The notes under the pieces are model-generated. The model was not told the DNA's origin. It saw only the letters and a list, made by a program, of their open reading frames with translations, and did not search any database. The translations under genes and the position numbers were made by a program. Positions 39,595-49,131 of a stretch of 64,000 nt of DNA are shown piece by piece (the stretch's first letter is position 1; each line of letters starts with the position of its first letter). This DNA is from Vicinamibacterales bacterium (GTDB lineage Bacteria; Acidobacteriota; Vicinamibacteria; Vicinamibacterales; UBA8438). Where the stretch lies: the NCBI GenBank assembly GCA_965263055.1, contig OZ253581.1, positions 1,455,794-1,519,793 on the forward strand, given 5' to 3'.

Positions 39595-40794
39595 TTACCG
39601 CGCGAGCATATTCACGGACGCCGCCGGCCTGCCGGCGTACGCGTGATGGAAGGCCTGCCGAAACCGTTCGAACGTGCCCGACCGGATAGCGTCCCTGATC
39701 TGCCGCATCGTGTCAACGTAGAAGTGTAGATTATGCAGCGTGTTGAGAACAGCACCGGTCATCTCGTTCGCCACCTGCAGGTACCGGAGGTAGGCGCGCC
39801 CGACGTGCCGGCAGGTGTAGCAGCCGCACTCCGGATCGACCGGCCCGTCATCTTCGGCGAAGGCCGCTCTCTTGATTGAGATCGGCCCTTCCCGGGTGAA
39901 CAACTGGCCGTTGCGCCCGTTCCGGGTCGGCAGGACGCAGTCGAAGAGATCCACACCCCTCGCCACGGACTCCAACAGGTCGGGCGGCGTCCCCACTCCC
40001 ATCAGGTACCGGGGCCGGTCCCGCGGGAGGCATGCCGTGGTTGCCTCGGTCATGTCGTACATCACGGCGACCGGCTCGCCAACGCTCAACCCGCCGATGG
40101 CGTACGCGTCAAACCCCAACGCCACCGTAGCGCGCGCACTCTCCTCGCGCAGCGTCCGGAACATTCCCCCCTGCACGATTCCGAACTGCGCCTGACCCGG
40201 CGTCGTCATCATGGCCCCGGCCCCCGCCGGCGATCCCCGGAGCCGGGCGTGCCGCGCCCGCGAGCGTTCCGCCCAGCGCAGGGTCCGTTCCATCGACTCG
40301 CGAGCCTCCGAGTCCGTGACCGGCCAGGGGGTGCACTCGTCGAACGCCATCGCGATGTCGCTCCCGAGGCGGGCCTGGATGTCAGTCGCCGATTCCGCGG
40401 TCAACGCCTGCTCGCTGCCGTCGAGGTGTGACCGGAAACGGACCCCCTGCTCGTCGACCACGCGTCGCGCGGCCAAACTGAACACCTGATAGCCGCCGCT
40501 GTCAGTCAGGATCGGGCGGTTCCAGCCCATGAAGCGGTGGAGGCCGCCCCGGCGCGCGATGAGTTCGTCCCCGGGGCGCAGGTGCAGGTGATACGTGTTC
40601 GCCAGGATAATCCCGGCGCCGAGATCATCCAGGTCGCGCGGCGTGAGCCCCTTCACCGCGCCGGCGGTCCCGACCGGCATGAACGCCGGTGTGTCGATGG
40701 CTCCATGCGGTGTCGTCATCCGCCCGCAGCGCGCCGCGCCGCCGGTCGCCGTCACCTCGAAGCCGAACGTGGCCCTACCCGCATCGCGGCTCAC
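39595..40794 (-). CDS. tgt: queuine tRNA-ribosyltransferase
   Basis: FGFEV...ARCGRMTTPHGAIDTPAFMPVGT...DSGGYQVFSL...MAFDECT...CGCYTC. The GTG at 40794 lies 8 nt downstream of TAGTAT. The 508-aa track ORF is an over-extension. Confidence 0.88.
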   Translation of the reverse strand: MSRDAGRATFGFEVTATGGAARCGRMTTPHGAIDTPAFMPVGTAGAVKGLTPRDLDDLGAGIILANTYHLHLRPGDELIARRGGLHRFMGWNRPILTDSGGYQVFSLAARRVVDEQGVRFRSHLDGSEQALTAESATDIQARLGSDIAMAFDECTPWPVTDSEARESMERTLRWAERSRARHARLRGSPAGAGAMMTTPGQAQFGIVQGGMFRTLREESARATVALGFDAYAIGGLSVGEPVAVMYDMTEATTACLPRDRPRYLMGVGTPPDLLESVARGVDLFDCVLPTRNGRNGQLFTREGPISIKRAAFAEDDGPVDPECGCYTCRHVGRAYLRYLQVANEMTGAVLNTLHNLHFYVDTMRQIRDAIRSGTFERFRQAFHHAYAGRPAASVNMLAR

Positions 40795-40801
40795 GCTCGC
40801 G

Positions 40802-40808
40802 TATACTA
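40802..40808. promoter_or_regulatory. overlapping face-to-face -10 boxes for divergent tgt (TAGTAT, minus) and ddl (TATACT, plus)
   Basis: The core is gTATACTAc. TATACT at 40802..40807 is 11 nt before ddl GTG 40819. TAGTAT (rc of 40803..40808) is 8 nt before tgt GTG 40794. The whole intergenic gap is 24 bp. Confidence 0.45.
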
Positions 40809-40818
40809 CAGCCCACTT

Positions 40819-41901
40819 GTGCAACGCCTGCGCGTTGGCGTGATCTACGGCGGCCGGTCGAGCGAGCATGAGGTTTCCATCGCGTCGGCCGCCTCCATCC
40901 TCAGTCAGCTCGATCCCGCGCGCTACGACCCGCTGCCCATCTATATCGATCGCGCCGGCGGCTGGACGGTGCCTGACGAGCCGCCCGCCACACCTTCTGC
41001 CGGCACCGTGATCCGCCGGGCGCGCGCCGGCGACACCGCTCTTGGGAGGGATGCCGCGAGCGCGGGGGACGGATCGATTCTCTCGCGGCTCGATCTCGAC
41101 GTCGTCTTCCCGATCGTCCACGGCCCCGGGGGCGAAGACGGTACGTTGCAGGGGGTGCTCGAGACGTCGGACCTGCCCTACGTCGGCGCGGGGGTGCTCG
41201 GTTCGGCCGTGGCGATGGACAAGTCGGTGTCCAAGCTGCTTCTCGCCGCGCGCGGACTCCCGGTCGTGCCGTATGAAGTCGTGCGCGGCATCGACTGGGA
41301 AGTCGATCCCGGTGCGGTCGTGTCGCAGGTCGAAGCGAAGCTCGACTATCCCCTGTTCGTCAAGCCGGCAAACCTGGGTTCGAGCATCGGCGTTTCGAAG
41401 GTGTCGGATGCATCGGCCCTGCGGGCCGCGCTCGCCGATGCCAACCGGTACGACGACACGCTCGTAGTCGAAACGGCGGTGCTGAACCCGCGCGAGATCG
41501 AATGTTCGGTGATGGGAAACGACGCGCCCGAAGCATCCCTGCCGGGCGAAGTGATCCCGGCAGGCGAGTTCTATGACTACGAGGCGAAGTACCTCGACGA
41601 CCGCTCACAGGTGATCGCTCCGGCGCAATTGAGCGACACGCGGGTCGCGGAGATTCGAGCCATGGCGGTGGAGGCGTATCGCGCGCTCAGGCTGGCTGGC
41701 ATGGCGCGGGTTGATTTCCTTTTCGATGAAGCGGCCGGGCGCCTGTATGTGAACGAAGCCAACACGCTGCCCGGGTTCACGACGATCAGTCAGTACCCGA
41801 AAATGTGGGAAGCGTCCGGCCTCCCGTACCCCGCGCTGCTCGATCGGCTGATCGATTTGGCCCTCGACCGGCACGCGCGCCGGCGCCGGCAGATTGGATA
41901 G
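40819..41901 (+). CDS. ddl: D-alanine--D-alanine ligase
   Basis: LRVGVIYGGRSSEHEVSIASA...VFPIVHGPGGEDGTLQGVLE...FVKPANLGSSIGVSKV...EANTLPGFT. Confidence 0.9.
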   Translation: MQRLRVGVIYGGRSSEHEVSIASAASILSQLDPARYDPLPIYIDRAGGWTVPDEPPATPSAGTVIRRARAGDTALGRDAASAGDGSILSRLDLDVVFPIVHGPGGEDGTLQGVLETSDLPYVGAGVLGSAVAMDKSVSKLLLAARGLPVVPYEVVRGIDWEVDPGAVVSQVEAKLDYPLFVKPANLGSSIGVSKVSDASALRAALADANRYDDTLVVETAVLNPREIECSVMGNDAPEASLPGEVIPAGEFYDYEAKYLDDRSQVIAPAQLSDTRVAEIRAMAVEAYRALRLAGMARVDFLFDEAAGRLYVNEANTLPGFTTISQYPKMWEASGLPYPALLDRLIDLALDRHARRRRQIG

Positions 41902-41918
41902 ACTGGCAAACTGGGCGA

Positions 41919-43016
41919 ATGATTCTGGCAAACAGGCACACCGAGACCCACGGGGCGCCTTTCCACGCCACGCTTCAAATCAAGCCAGCGGCGCGCGTCG
42001 ACCTGATCGATGTCCGGGGCAAGTTGCGCGATGAGTTCGGCCCTGAATTCACCCGTTACCCGAAGGCCTTTTACATTTCGGACCACACCACGGCCGGTTA
42101 CCTGGACCAGCGCCTCGCCAAGGTGCTCGACCATGACAGCGACAATATTCAGGACTACCTCCAGGTCTTCCTGAAGCTCTTTCCGGCCGGCGCCGGCTAC
42201 AACCACGACAAGCTCCATCTGCGGACCGAGCTGTCGGAAGAGCAGCGTGCCGTCGAGCCACTCAACGCCGACTCCCACCTCGCGTTCATGGGCAGCGGCA
42301 TGCGCAGCGCTGCGTCGTACGAACTGCACGGGGACGAACCGGTCTGGTTTGTGGAATTGGACGGGGTCCACGTCGGCGGGACGCGGTACCGACGCACGAC
42401 GGTAATCGCCTACTCCGGCGAGGAAGACGTGGCGCAGAGCCAGGTCCATGTACCGGCATCCCCACATTCCATCGATGCCCAGAACCTCCGCGACCCGCGT
42501 CTCGACCTGATCGGGCAACTCGAGGAGCTGGCCCGCGCCCACCAGGTGTCGTTCGGCCGCTTCGACGTTTCCCTCGCGGTGGAGGAGAGCGACGCGGGCC
42601 TGACGGTCAACGAGTACGAGACCCTGCTCATGACCCATGACCTGCGGGACGTGCTGAAGGATCCCCTCCGCTTCGTTGCACAGATAGGGAAGGAGGCGCT
42701 CCAGGCGCCCCGGGCCATACCCGCCAAGGCTCTTAACTACGCGCAGTACGACGCCGTCCAGGTGTTCAACAGGCTCATGGACCAGATCGGCGCCCGCCGC
42801 TCGTTCGTGGAGCGAGTGGTGAACCGGGCACTGGCCCTTCCCGTGGCTCACTTCCTGCGGATGAAGCGGGGCATCAGCCTTCCCGTCCTGGACCGGAAGG
42901 GCACCGGTGTGGGTGAGATCGGCTGGGGCACCTACCAGAGCCCGCTCCTCGTTCAGTGGAAGGGCGCCGGCGCCGCCAGCCGCGCGTTGAACGTGCGGCT
43001 GGTCAGGTTCGTCTAG
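41919..43016 (+). CDS. hypothetical protein with two YjbQ/UPF0047-like halves
   Basis: The first half has ISDHTTAG...FLKLFPAGAGYNHD...NADSHLAFMGSG...ELDGVHVGGTRYRR. The second half has DAGLTVNEYE...ISLPVLDRKGTGVGEIGWGTYQSPLLVQ. Both echo YjbQ motifs (HTSASLTLNE, Y.HD, DMPSHIK, GTWQGI) as I recall them. Confidence 0.55.
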   Translation: MILANRHTETHGAPFHATLQIKPAARVDLIDVRGKLRDEFGPEFTRYPKAFYISDHTTAGYLDQRLAKVLDHDSDNIQDYLQVFLKLFPAGAGYNHDKLHLRTELSEEQRAVEPLNADSHLAFMGSGMRSAASYELHGDEPVWFVELDGVHVGGTRYRRTTVIAYSGEEDVAQSQVHVPASPHSIDAQNLRDPRLDLIGQLEELARAHQVSFGRFDVSLAVEESDAGLTVNEYETLLMTHDLRDVLKDPLRFVAQIGKEALQAPRAIPAKALNYAQYDAVQVFNRLMDQIGARRSFVERVVNRALALPVAHFLRMKRGISLPVLDRKGTGVGEIGWGTYQSPLLVQWKGAGAASRALNVRLVRFV

Positions 43017-45259
43017 TTCTCGGGATCGTTCTCCGGTTCGTCCCCGACGCCGCGGAACGGCTGGACACCGTCCCAGACCAGCACGCGGTCGACCCGGTCA
43101 CCTTCTTCGAGAGCGTCCGCCACCTCGATTCCGGCAACCACGGTGCCGATCACGGTGTAGCGGCCGTCGAGCTGCGGTTGCGGCGACAACGTTATGAAGA
43201 ACCGGCTGCCGCCCGTATCCGCCGCGCCGCGCGTCACACCGACCGTACCACGCAGGAACGGTCGTTGATTCAGTTCGTCGCGCAGCGTGTACCCGGGCCC
43301 TCCCGTGCCATCACCTCGCGGATCACCGGTATACGCCACCTGGTGTCGCTCGACGCGGTGAAAGGTCAATCCGTCGTAGTAGCCATCGCGCGCCAGGGTC
43401 ATGAAGCTCTCGGCCGCGAGCGGTGCGTCGAGCACCGCCAACTCGATCTCGATGGTGCCGTGGCGCGTCTCGACGTAGACGTGGGGAGAGACCGGCGGCG
43501 CGACCAGGTGGGGCGCGGAGAAGTCCACCCGCCGCAGACCGGGCGCCGGGCGAATCGCCGACTGGTAATCTCCTGCCGGGTCGAGTCGCGCCAGTCCGCC
43601 CGCCGCCGCGACGCGCACCGCCCAGTCGCGGTCGGCGAGCGCTGTCTGGAGCGTCTCGACCGCCGCGTCGCCTCCGCAGCTTCCAATTGCCTCGACGATC
43701 GCCGCCCGCGCAACGTAAGCCGGATCCGGTTCCGCCGCGACGTACGCGTCTGCCAGCGCGGCAGCCCCCTCCGCTGGACAGCGTTCAGCCAGCAGGCGCG
43801 CCGCCGTCGCTCGGACCGCCGCGTCTTCCACCTGAAGTCGATCGATCAGCAGTCCTGGCAAGTCGGGCGCATCGATTGCGGCAAGCGCCTCAAGCACCGA
43901 CGGCACCACGCGCGGATCGTCGTCGTCGAGCATCGACCAGAGCCGCGGTGTCGCTCCGGCCGGATCGACCTGGCGCAGGGCGTCCGCGAGCGCCTTGCGG
44001 ACGCGCCAGTCGGGATCCGTGCCGAGTCCCGAGAGGACGAAGATGAACGATTCGGGATCGGCCGCCGCCAGCGCGCGGATGGACGCGGCCCGAAGCAATG
44101 GCGACGGGTGGCCCAGTAGTTCGATGAACACCTCGATCGAGGCAGTAGCACGGTGCCGGGCGAGCGCTTCGACCGCCGCGCGCCGAAGCGGTTCGTCCAG
44201 GCGTCGAACTCGGACGAACCGGTCGAGCGCTTCAACCGCCTCGGGATGATCGATTGTGCCGAGGGCGCCAACCGCGGCGGCGACCACGCGGTCATCGCGC
44301 CGGTCGAGATCGACCAACTCGGCGAGAGGCTCTATCGCGTCGGGATCACCCAGGGCGCCCAGCCCCCGCGCCGCCAGGGCAACCCCGTGGCTACCCACGA
44401 CGCCCGCAAGAGTCGCCAGCGGTGTCAGTGCCCGGACGTCACCGGTCCGGCCGAGCGCGTAGGTGATCGGCCACCACCAGAGAATCGGCTGCTCCTCGTC
44501 GCCGATCACCGCCTCGGCGAGCGGCTCGTACGCGCCCATCTCGCCCAACGCGTACAGGCCGCTACGAAACGCTTCCACCTCGTCCGACAACGGGTAGCCA
44601 AGCTCTTCCGGGTCCACGCCGAACGCCCTCGTGACGTACCGGCGAACCATGGCGCCGACCGCGGGCGCCGCGGTCGAGGCGCCGATCCTGGCGAGCGCGC
44701 GGGCGGCGCGCCCCTGCACCTTCGGAGAGACGTCGCGCAGGCTCTCAAGGAGGGCATCGGTCGCTGCGGGATCGCCGATCAGCCCGAGCGCGAACGCCGC
44801 CATCTGGCGCACCTCCGGCTCGGGATCCGTGAGACGCGCGATCAGCGGCTCCACCCCTTCCGCCAGTCCGACCCGTCCGACGGCGAGCGCGGCGCGCCGG
44901 CGGACATATGCCTCCGGCGCCGCGAGCAGCGCAAGCAGGCTGGGCCGCAGCGCCGGCGGTGAAGGTGGCACGGCGGATGCGAGCGCGGCCACCGAGTCGC
45001 CGTTGCCTTCGCCCTCAGGTGCCGGATCGGGTGGCGGCTCGGGCGGTGGATCCTCCAGGCGGCGCTCGTCCTCCAGACGGAGAATCCAGGCAACCTGTTC
45101 GGAGACTGAGGGCGGACTGACGATGACCGGGGCCTCCCGCGTCGCGCACGACGCCGTACCCAGGGCGATCAGGATCGGAAGGAAAAGCCGCGCGCGAAGG
45201 ATGAACGACGCGCGCAACAGGAGAGACGCGCGTCGGTCGCGGTACATCGCGGGCGCCAT
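43013..45259 (-). CDS. HEAT-repeat protein fused to a C-terminal cyclophilin-type peptidyl-prolyl isomerase (probable lipoprotein)
   Basis: The N-terminus LIALGTASC looks like a lipobox. About 480 aa of Ala/Leu-rich HEAT-like repeats (RRRAALALGRVG...VRQMAAFALGLIGDP...) follow. The C-terminus reads GYYDGLTFHRV...TGGPGYTLRDE...GTVGVTRGAADTGGSRFFITL. Confidence 0.8.
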   Translation of the reverse strand: MAPAMYRDRRASLLLRASFILRARLFLPILIALGTASCATREAPVIVSPPSVSEQVAWILRLEDERRLEDPPPEPPPDPAPEGEGNGDSVAALASAVPPSPPALRPSLLALLAAPEAYVRRRAALAVGRVGLAEGVEPLIARLTDPEPEVRQMAAFALGLIGDPAATDALLESLRDVSPKVQGRAARALARIGASTAAPAVGAMVRRYVTRAFGVDPEELGYPLSDEVEAFRSGLYALGEMGAYEPLAEAVIGDEEQPILWWWPITYALGRTGDVRALTPLATLAGVVGSHGVALAARGLGALGDPDAIEPLAELVDLDRRDDRVVAAAVGALGTIDHPEAVEALDRFVRVRRLDEPLRRAAVEALARHRATASIEVFIELLGHPSPLLRAASIRALAAADPESFIFVLSGLGTDPDWRVRKALADALRQVDPAGATPRLWSMLDDDDPRVVPSVLEALAAIDAPDLPGLLIDRLQVEDAAVRATAARLLAERCPAEGAAALADAYVAAEPDPAYVARAAIVEAIGSCGGDAAVETLQTALADRDWAVRVAAAGGLARLDPAGDYQSAIRPAPGLRRVDFSAPHLVAPPVSPHVYVETRHGTIEIELAVLDAPLAAESFMTLARDGYYDGLTFHRVERHQVAYTGDPRGDGTGGPGYTLRDELNQRPFLRGTVGVTRGAADTGGSRFFITLSPQPQLDGRYTVIGTVVAGIEVADALEEGDRVDRVLVWDGVQPFRGVGDEPENDPEN

Positions 45260-45273
45260 GATAGCATGCCGTT

Positions 45274-46602
45274 TTGGCCCCGCCGGACGATCCTGTCGCC
45301 CGTCTCTTCGACCTCAAGCGCTTCGGCATCAAGCTCGGACTCGACAACATCCGAACGCTTGCGGAGGCGCTCGACCACCCTGAACGGAGCTTCCCCTGCA
45401 TCATCGTTGCGGGCACCAATGGCAAGGGATCCGTGGCCTCGACGATTGAGCGGGGACTGCGGGCGGCAGGCTATCGGACCGGCCTCTATACCTCCCCGCA
45501 CCTGATCGACCTGACGGAGCGCTTCGCGCTCGACGGCGAGGCAATCGGCAGCGACACGCTCGCCACGGAGGCGGCGGCCATCCTCGACACGGCCGGCGCG
45601 CTGCAGGCTGCAGGCCGTCTGCCGCACCCTCCCACGTTCTTCGAAGCGACCACCGCGCTCGCTCTCTCGCTGTTCCGCCGACGCGGGATCGAGGCAGCGG
45701 TTCTTGAAGTCGGACTCGGAGGCCGCTTCGATGCGACGAACATCGTGGCGCCGGCGGCGGTCGCTATTCCGTCCATCGACATCGACCACCAACAGCACCT
45801 GGGTGCAACGATCGAGGCAATCGCCAGAGAGAAGGCTGGCGTCATCAAACCCGGCGCCCCGGTGGTCACCGGCGAAACGAAACCGGGAGCCCGGAGGGTG
45901 CTGGAGGCCACCGCCGCGGAACAGGGCGCCCGCCTCACTGACATCGACGATGGTGTCACGGTGCGGTGGGCAATAGACGACGCCGGCCTGACGCGGGTCG
46001 ATCGGCTCACGACGCAGCGTGGCGACTACGGTCCCCTGACGCTCGCCCTGCGCGGCCGGCACCAGGTGCGGAACGGGCTTGTCGCCCTCCGCCTGCTGGA
46101 GGAACTGGCGGGCGCGGGCCTTGGGGTATCCCGCGAGGCAATCGTGTCGGCGCTGACGGACGTGCGCTGCCGAGGACGGCTCGAACTGGTCGATGCCGGC
46201 CCTGGCCGGCGAGTGCTGCTCGATCCGGCCCACAACGTTGCGGCCGCCACGGCGCTCGCCCACTACGTGAAGACCTTCGCACCGGCCGGCCTGCCGGTCG
46301 TCTTCGGTGCGCTCGCCGACAAGGACGCGGCAGGCATGCTTCGCGCCCTCGGCCCGGCAGCGACCCAGGTAATCTGCGCCCCGATCAACAGCCCGCGAGC
46401 CCGTTCCCTGGACGACCTGCGCGCTACCGTCCGCGCTGCCCGCCCGGACCTCGCCGCAACCTCGGCGGACACCCCCGGCGCCGCCCTCGATCAGGCATGG
46501 CGCCACGGTCCGCTCGCCCTCGCCACCGGCTCGACGTACCTGGTAGGGGCGCTCCTGCAAGCCCTGGCAGCGCGTGGCGGAACCCCGCCCGGCAACGGGT
46601 AG
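45274..46602 (+). CDS. folC: bifunctional folylpolyglutamate synthase / dihydrofolate synthase
   Basis: FGIKLGLDNIRTLAEALDHP...IIVAGTNGKGSV...LEVGLGGRFDATN. The TTG start at 45274 is uncertain. Confidence 0.88.
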   Translation: MAPPDDPVARLFDLKRFGIKLGLDNIRTLAEALDHPERSFPCIIVAGTNGKGSVASTIERGLRAAGYRTGLYTSPHLIDLTERFALDGEAIGSDTLATEAAAILDTAGALQAAGRLPHPPTFFEATTALALSLFRRRGIEAAVLEVGLGGRFDATNIVAPAAVAIPSIDIDHQQHLGATIEAIAREKAGVIKPGAPVVTGETKPGARRVLEATAAEQGARLTDIDDGVTVRWAIDDAGLTRVDRLTTQRGDYGPLTLALRGRHQVRNGLVALRLLEELAGAGLGVSREAIVSALTDVRCRGRLELVDAGPGRRVLLDPAHNVAAATALAHYVKTFAPAGLPVVFGALADKDAAGMLRALGPAATQVICAPINSPRARSLDDLRATVRAARPDLAATSADTPGAALDQAWRHGPLALATGSTYLVGALLQALAARGGTPPGNG

Positions 46603-46613
46603 AATCAGTCGAC

Positions 46614-49079
46614 GTGCCCCTCATTCATCGACCGGCGGTGCTGACAGCGGCAGCGGCAACGGCTGTACTCCTCCTGCCAGCCACCGGTTCGGCGCAACTC
46701 TTCCCCAACCTCCCGTTCGACTACCGGCAGGGGTACTACGAGGTTGTGAGCGGGACCCACCTCCGACTCAGCGACGACGTGCAGATCAGCGGCGAGACGT
46801 TCGATCTCTCCGCAGATCAGGTCGACATCTACATCGAGACCGACGAGACGGAGCCGGAGGACGACACGGCCGGCGTCGTGGAGAGTGAACCCGACGGCGA
46901 CGCCGAGGCGAATTCCGAAGCGCAGGACGCAGACGACGAGGCAGGCAACGGCCAACCCGAGGACGATGATGAGCCGGCCGATCCGCCGGCTAACGTCACG
47001 GCGCGCCTCGTCGCCACCGGCAGCGTCGTCTTTACCGGGCTTGACACACGCATCTCCGCCGACCGGCTGGAATACCACACGAAGGATCAAACCGCGAGCT
47101 TCGAGAACGCCAGCGGATCGATCAGTCTGGCCGACCAAGTGGATCGGAGCATGTTCGGCACCCAGGAACCCGACATGCTCTTCTACGGCCAGCGCATCGA
47201 GCGGCTCGCACCCCGCACCTACCGGATCACGAAGGGGGCGTTTACCAGTTGCGTGCAGCCGACCCCGCGGTGGGAGCTGGTTTCCAGCTCGTTCACGATC
47301 AACCTCGACAGCTACGTCATGCTGCGAAACGCGGTGCTCAAGGTGAAGGGGGTGCCGGTCTTCTATATCCCGATGCTTCCCTACCCGATACCGGAGGAAG
47401 GACGCGCGACCGGTCTCCTGATGCCCGCCTGGGGCAACTCCACCTACCACGGCAGCAGCTTCAGCAACGCGTTCTTCTGGGCCCTCGGCCGCAGCCAGGA
47501 CGTCACGCTGTTCCACGACTGGTACACGTCGCTTGGCGGCATGGGGACGGCGGCCGAGTACCGCTACACGCGGGGGGCCGGATCGGAGGGGAACGCGCGG
47601 GTGCACTACCTGAACGAAAACGAGGCGGAAGTCACCGGCAGGGGTGGCACGTTCACCCGACAGGCGCGCAAGAGCTACCGTCTCACCGGTCAGACGCGGC
47701 AGGCGCTGCCGGGCGGATGGATGGCGCGCGGCCAGCTCAACTACTTCTCGAACATCGACGTGCAGCAGACGTACAACCACAACGTTTTCGACGCATCGAA
47801 CAGCTCGCGCAGCATGTCGGGCAACGTGAGCGGCCAGATCGGCCGCTATCAGGTGAGCGGCACGTTCGACCGGAGCGAGACGTTCTTCGGAGGGACGCAC
47901 TCGGCCGTCTACGGCGGCGGACCGCGTGTCGCGGTTGGCCAGGGCAAGACGGAAATACCGGGCACTCCGCTCTACTACTCGCTCAACACCGAGTACGTCC
48001 GGCTGCTCCGCATCTCGCGGATCCGGAGCGGAAGCGCCACGAGTGCCATCGACTCCGGGTTGAACCGGCTCGACATCAACCCGGCCGTTCAGTTCCCGTT
48101 CACGAAGTGGCCGTTCCTCACGTTCGACTCGAGCGCGCAGTTCCGCTGGACCTACTGGGACGAGAGCCTCGAGGACCGGCAGCAGGTGCCGGTCGGTCTT
48201 GGCCGGTCCTACTTCGAACTGGCGAGCACGGTGACCGGACCTTCCTTCGTCAAGATCTGGGACACGCCGAACAGCGGCTACTCGGAACGGATGAAGCATC
48301 TGATCGAGCCGTGGTGGGGCATACGCCGCGTCAGCGCGATCGACACGTTCGACCGGATCGTTCGGATCGAGGGTATCGACTCGATCGTCGGCGACATCTG
48401 GCAGTACCAGTACGGGCTGGACACGCGTCTGTTCGCGCGCGCGTACGAAGGGGAGCGCGGCGAGTCGGTGGCGCGGGAGATCCTGTCGGCGTCGGTGACG
48501 CAGAGCTACTACACGGACGAGAACGCCTCGCAGTACGACCGGACGTTCCGGACGAGCTTCGCCGGCACCAGGCCGACGCACTGGTCGCCGATGTCGTTCA
48601 TGGTCCGGGCGGCGCCGACCCGCCAGATTGGCGCGTCCATGCGGGCCGAGATCGATCCGACCTACCGCGCTCTGCGGTCCATCTCCACCGAGGGGAGCTA
48701 CGAGCTGGGGGGCTGGCTGGAGGCGCGCGGCGGCTGGAGCCAGCGACGGCTCATCGAACAGCTCCCCGGCTTCAACGACCCGAACCGGCTCGACCACTAC
48801 GTCAACGCGTACACCTCGATGCGAACCCCGGGTAACGCGTTGGGCGGCGTCTATTCGTTCAACTACGACGTCCGGCGCCGGCAGTACCTGATGCAGCGGC
48901 TGCTGGTCTACTACAACGCGCAGTGCTGCAACGTCAGCTTCGAGTACCAGGTGTACAACTTCGAGGGACTTGGCGCGCGCGCGTTCCTGCCGAGCGACCG
49001 GCGTTTCAACGTGTCGTTCACGCTGGCCGGTCTCGGCCGCTTCGCGAACGTCTTCGGAGCCCTGGGGGGCACCAACTAG
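46614..49079 (+). CDS. lptD: LPS-assembly outer-membrane protein LptD (OstA family)
   Basis: It has a signal peptide (AVLTAAAATAVLLLPATGSAQ), an OstA-N-like region (LSADQVDIY...ISADRLEYH) and a large beta-barrel region (FTSC...WELVSSSFTINL...GLLMPAWGNS...). GTG 46614 lies 8 nt after TAGAAT (46600..46605). Confidence 0.8.
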   Translation: MPLIHRPAVLTAAAATAVLLLPATGSAQLFPNLPFDYRQGYYEVVSGTHLRLSDDVQISGETFDLSADQVDIYIETDETEPEDDTAGVVESEPDGDAEANSEAQDADDEAGNGQPEDDDEPADPPANVTARLVATGSVVFTGLDTRISADRLEYHTKDQTASFENASGSISLADQVDRSMFGTQEPDMLFYGQRIERLAPRTYRITKGAFTSCVQPTPRWELVSSSFTINLDSYVMLRNAVLKVKGVPVFYIPMLPYPIPEEGRATGLLMPAWGNSTYHGSSFSNAFFWALGRSQDVTLFHDWYTSLGGMGTAAEYRYTRGAGSEGNARVHYLNENEAEVTGRGGTFTRQARKSYRLTGQTRQALPGGWMARGQLNYFSNIDVQQTYNHNVFDASNSSRSMSGNVSGQIGRYQVSGTFDRSETFFGGTHSAVYGGGPRVAVGQGKTEIPGTPLYYSLNTEYVRLLRISRIRSGSATSAIDSGLNRLDINPAVQFPFTKWPFLTFDSSAQFRWTYWDESLEDRQQVPVGLGRSYFELASTVTGPSFVKIWDTPNSGYSERMKHLIEPWWGIRRVSAIDTFDRIVRIEGIDSIVGDIWQYQYGLDTRLFARAYEGERGESVAREILSASVTQSYYTDENASQYDRTFRTSFAGTRPTHWSPMSFMVRAAPTRQIGASMRAEIDPTYRALRSISTEGSYELGGWLEARGGWSQRRLIEQLPGFNDPNRLDHYVNAYTSMRTPGNALGGVYSFNYDVRRRQYLMQRLLVYYNAQCCNVSFEYQVYNFEGLGARAFLPSDRRFNVSFTLAGLGRFANVFGALGGTN

Positions 49080-49131
49080 CGGCGGAGCCCGGCGGCGCCG
49101 GCTGTCGGGTGGCCGCCTCACGACCGCATCG

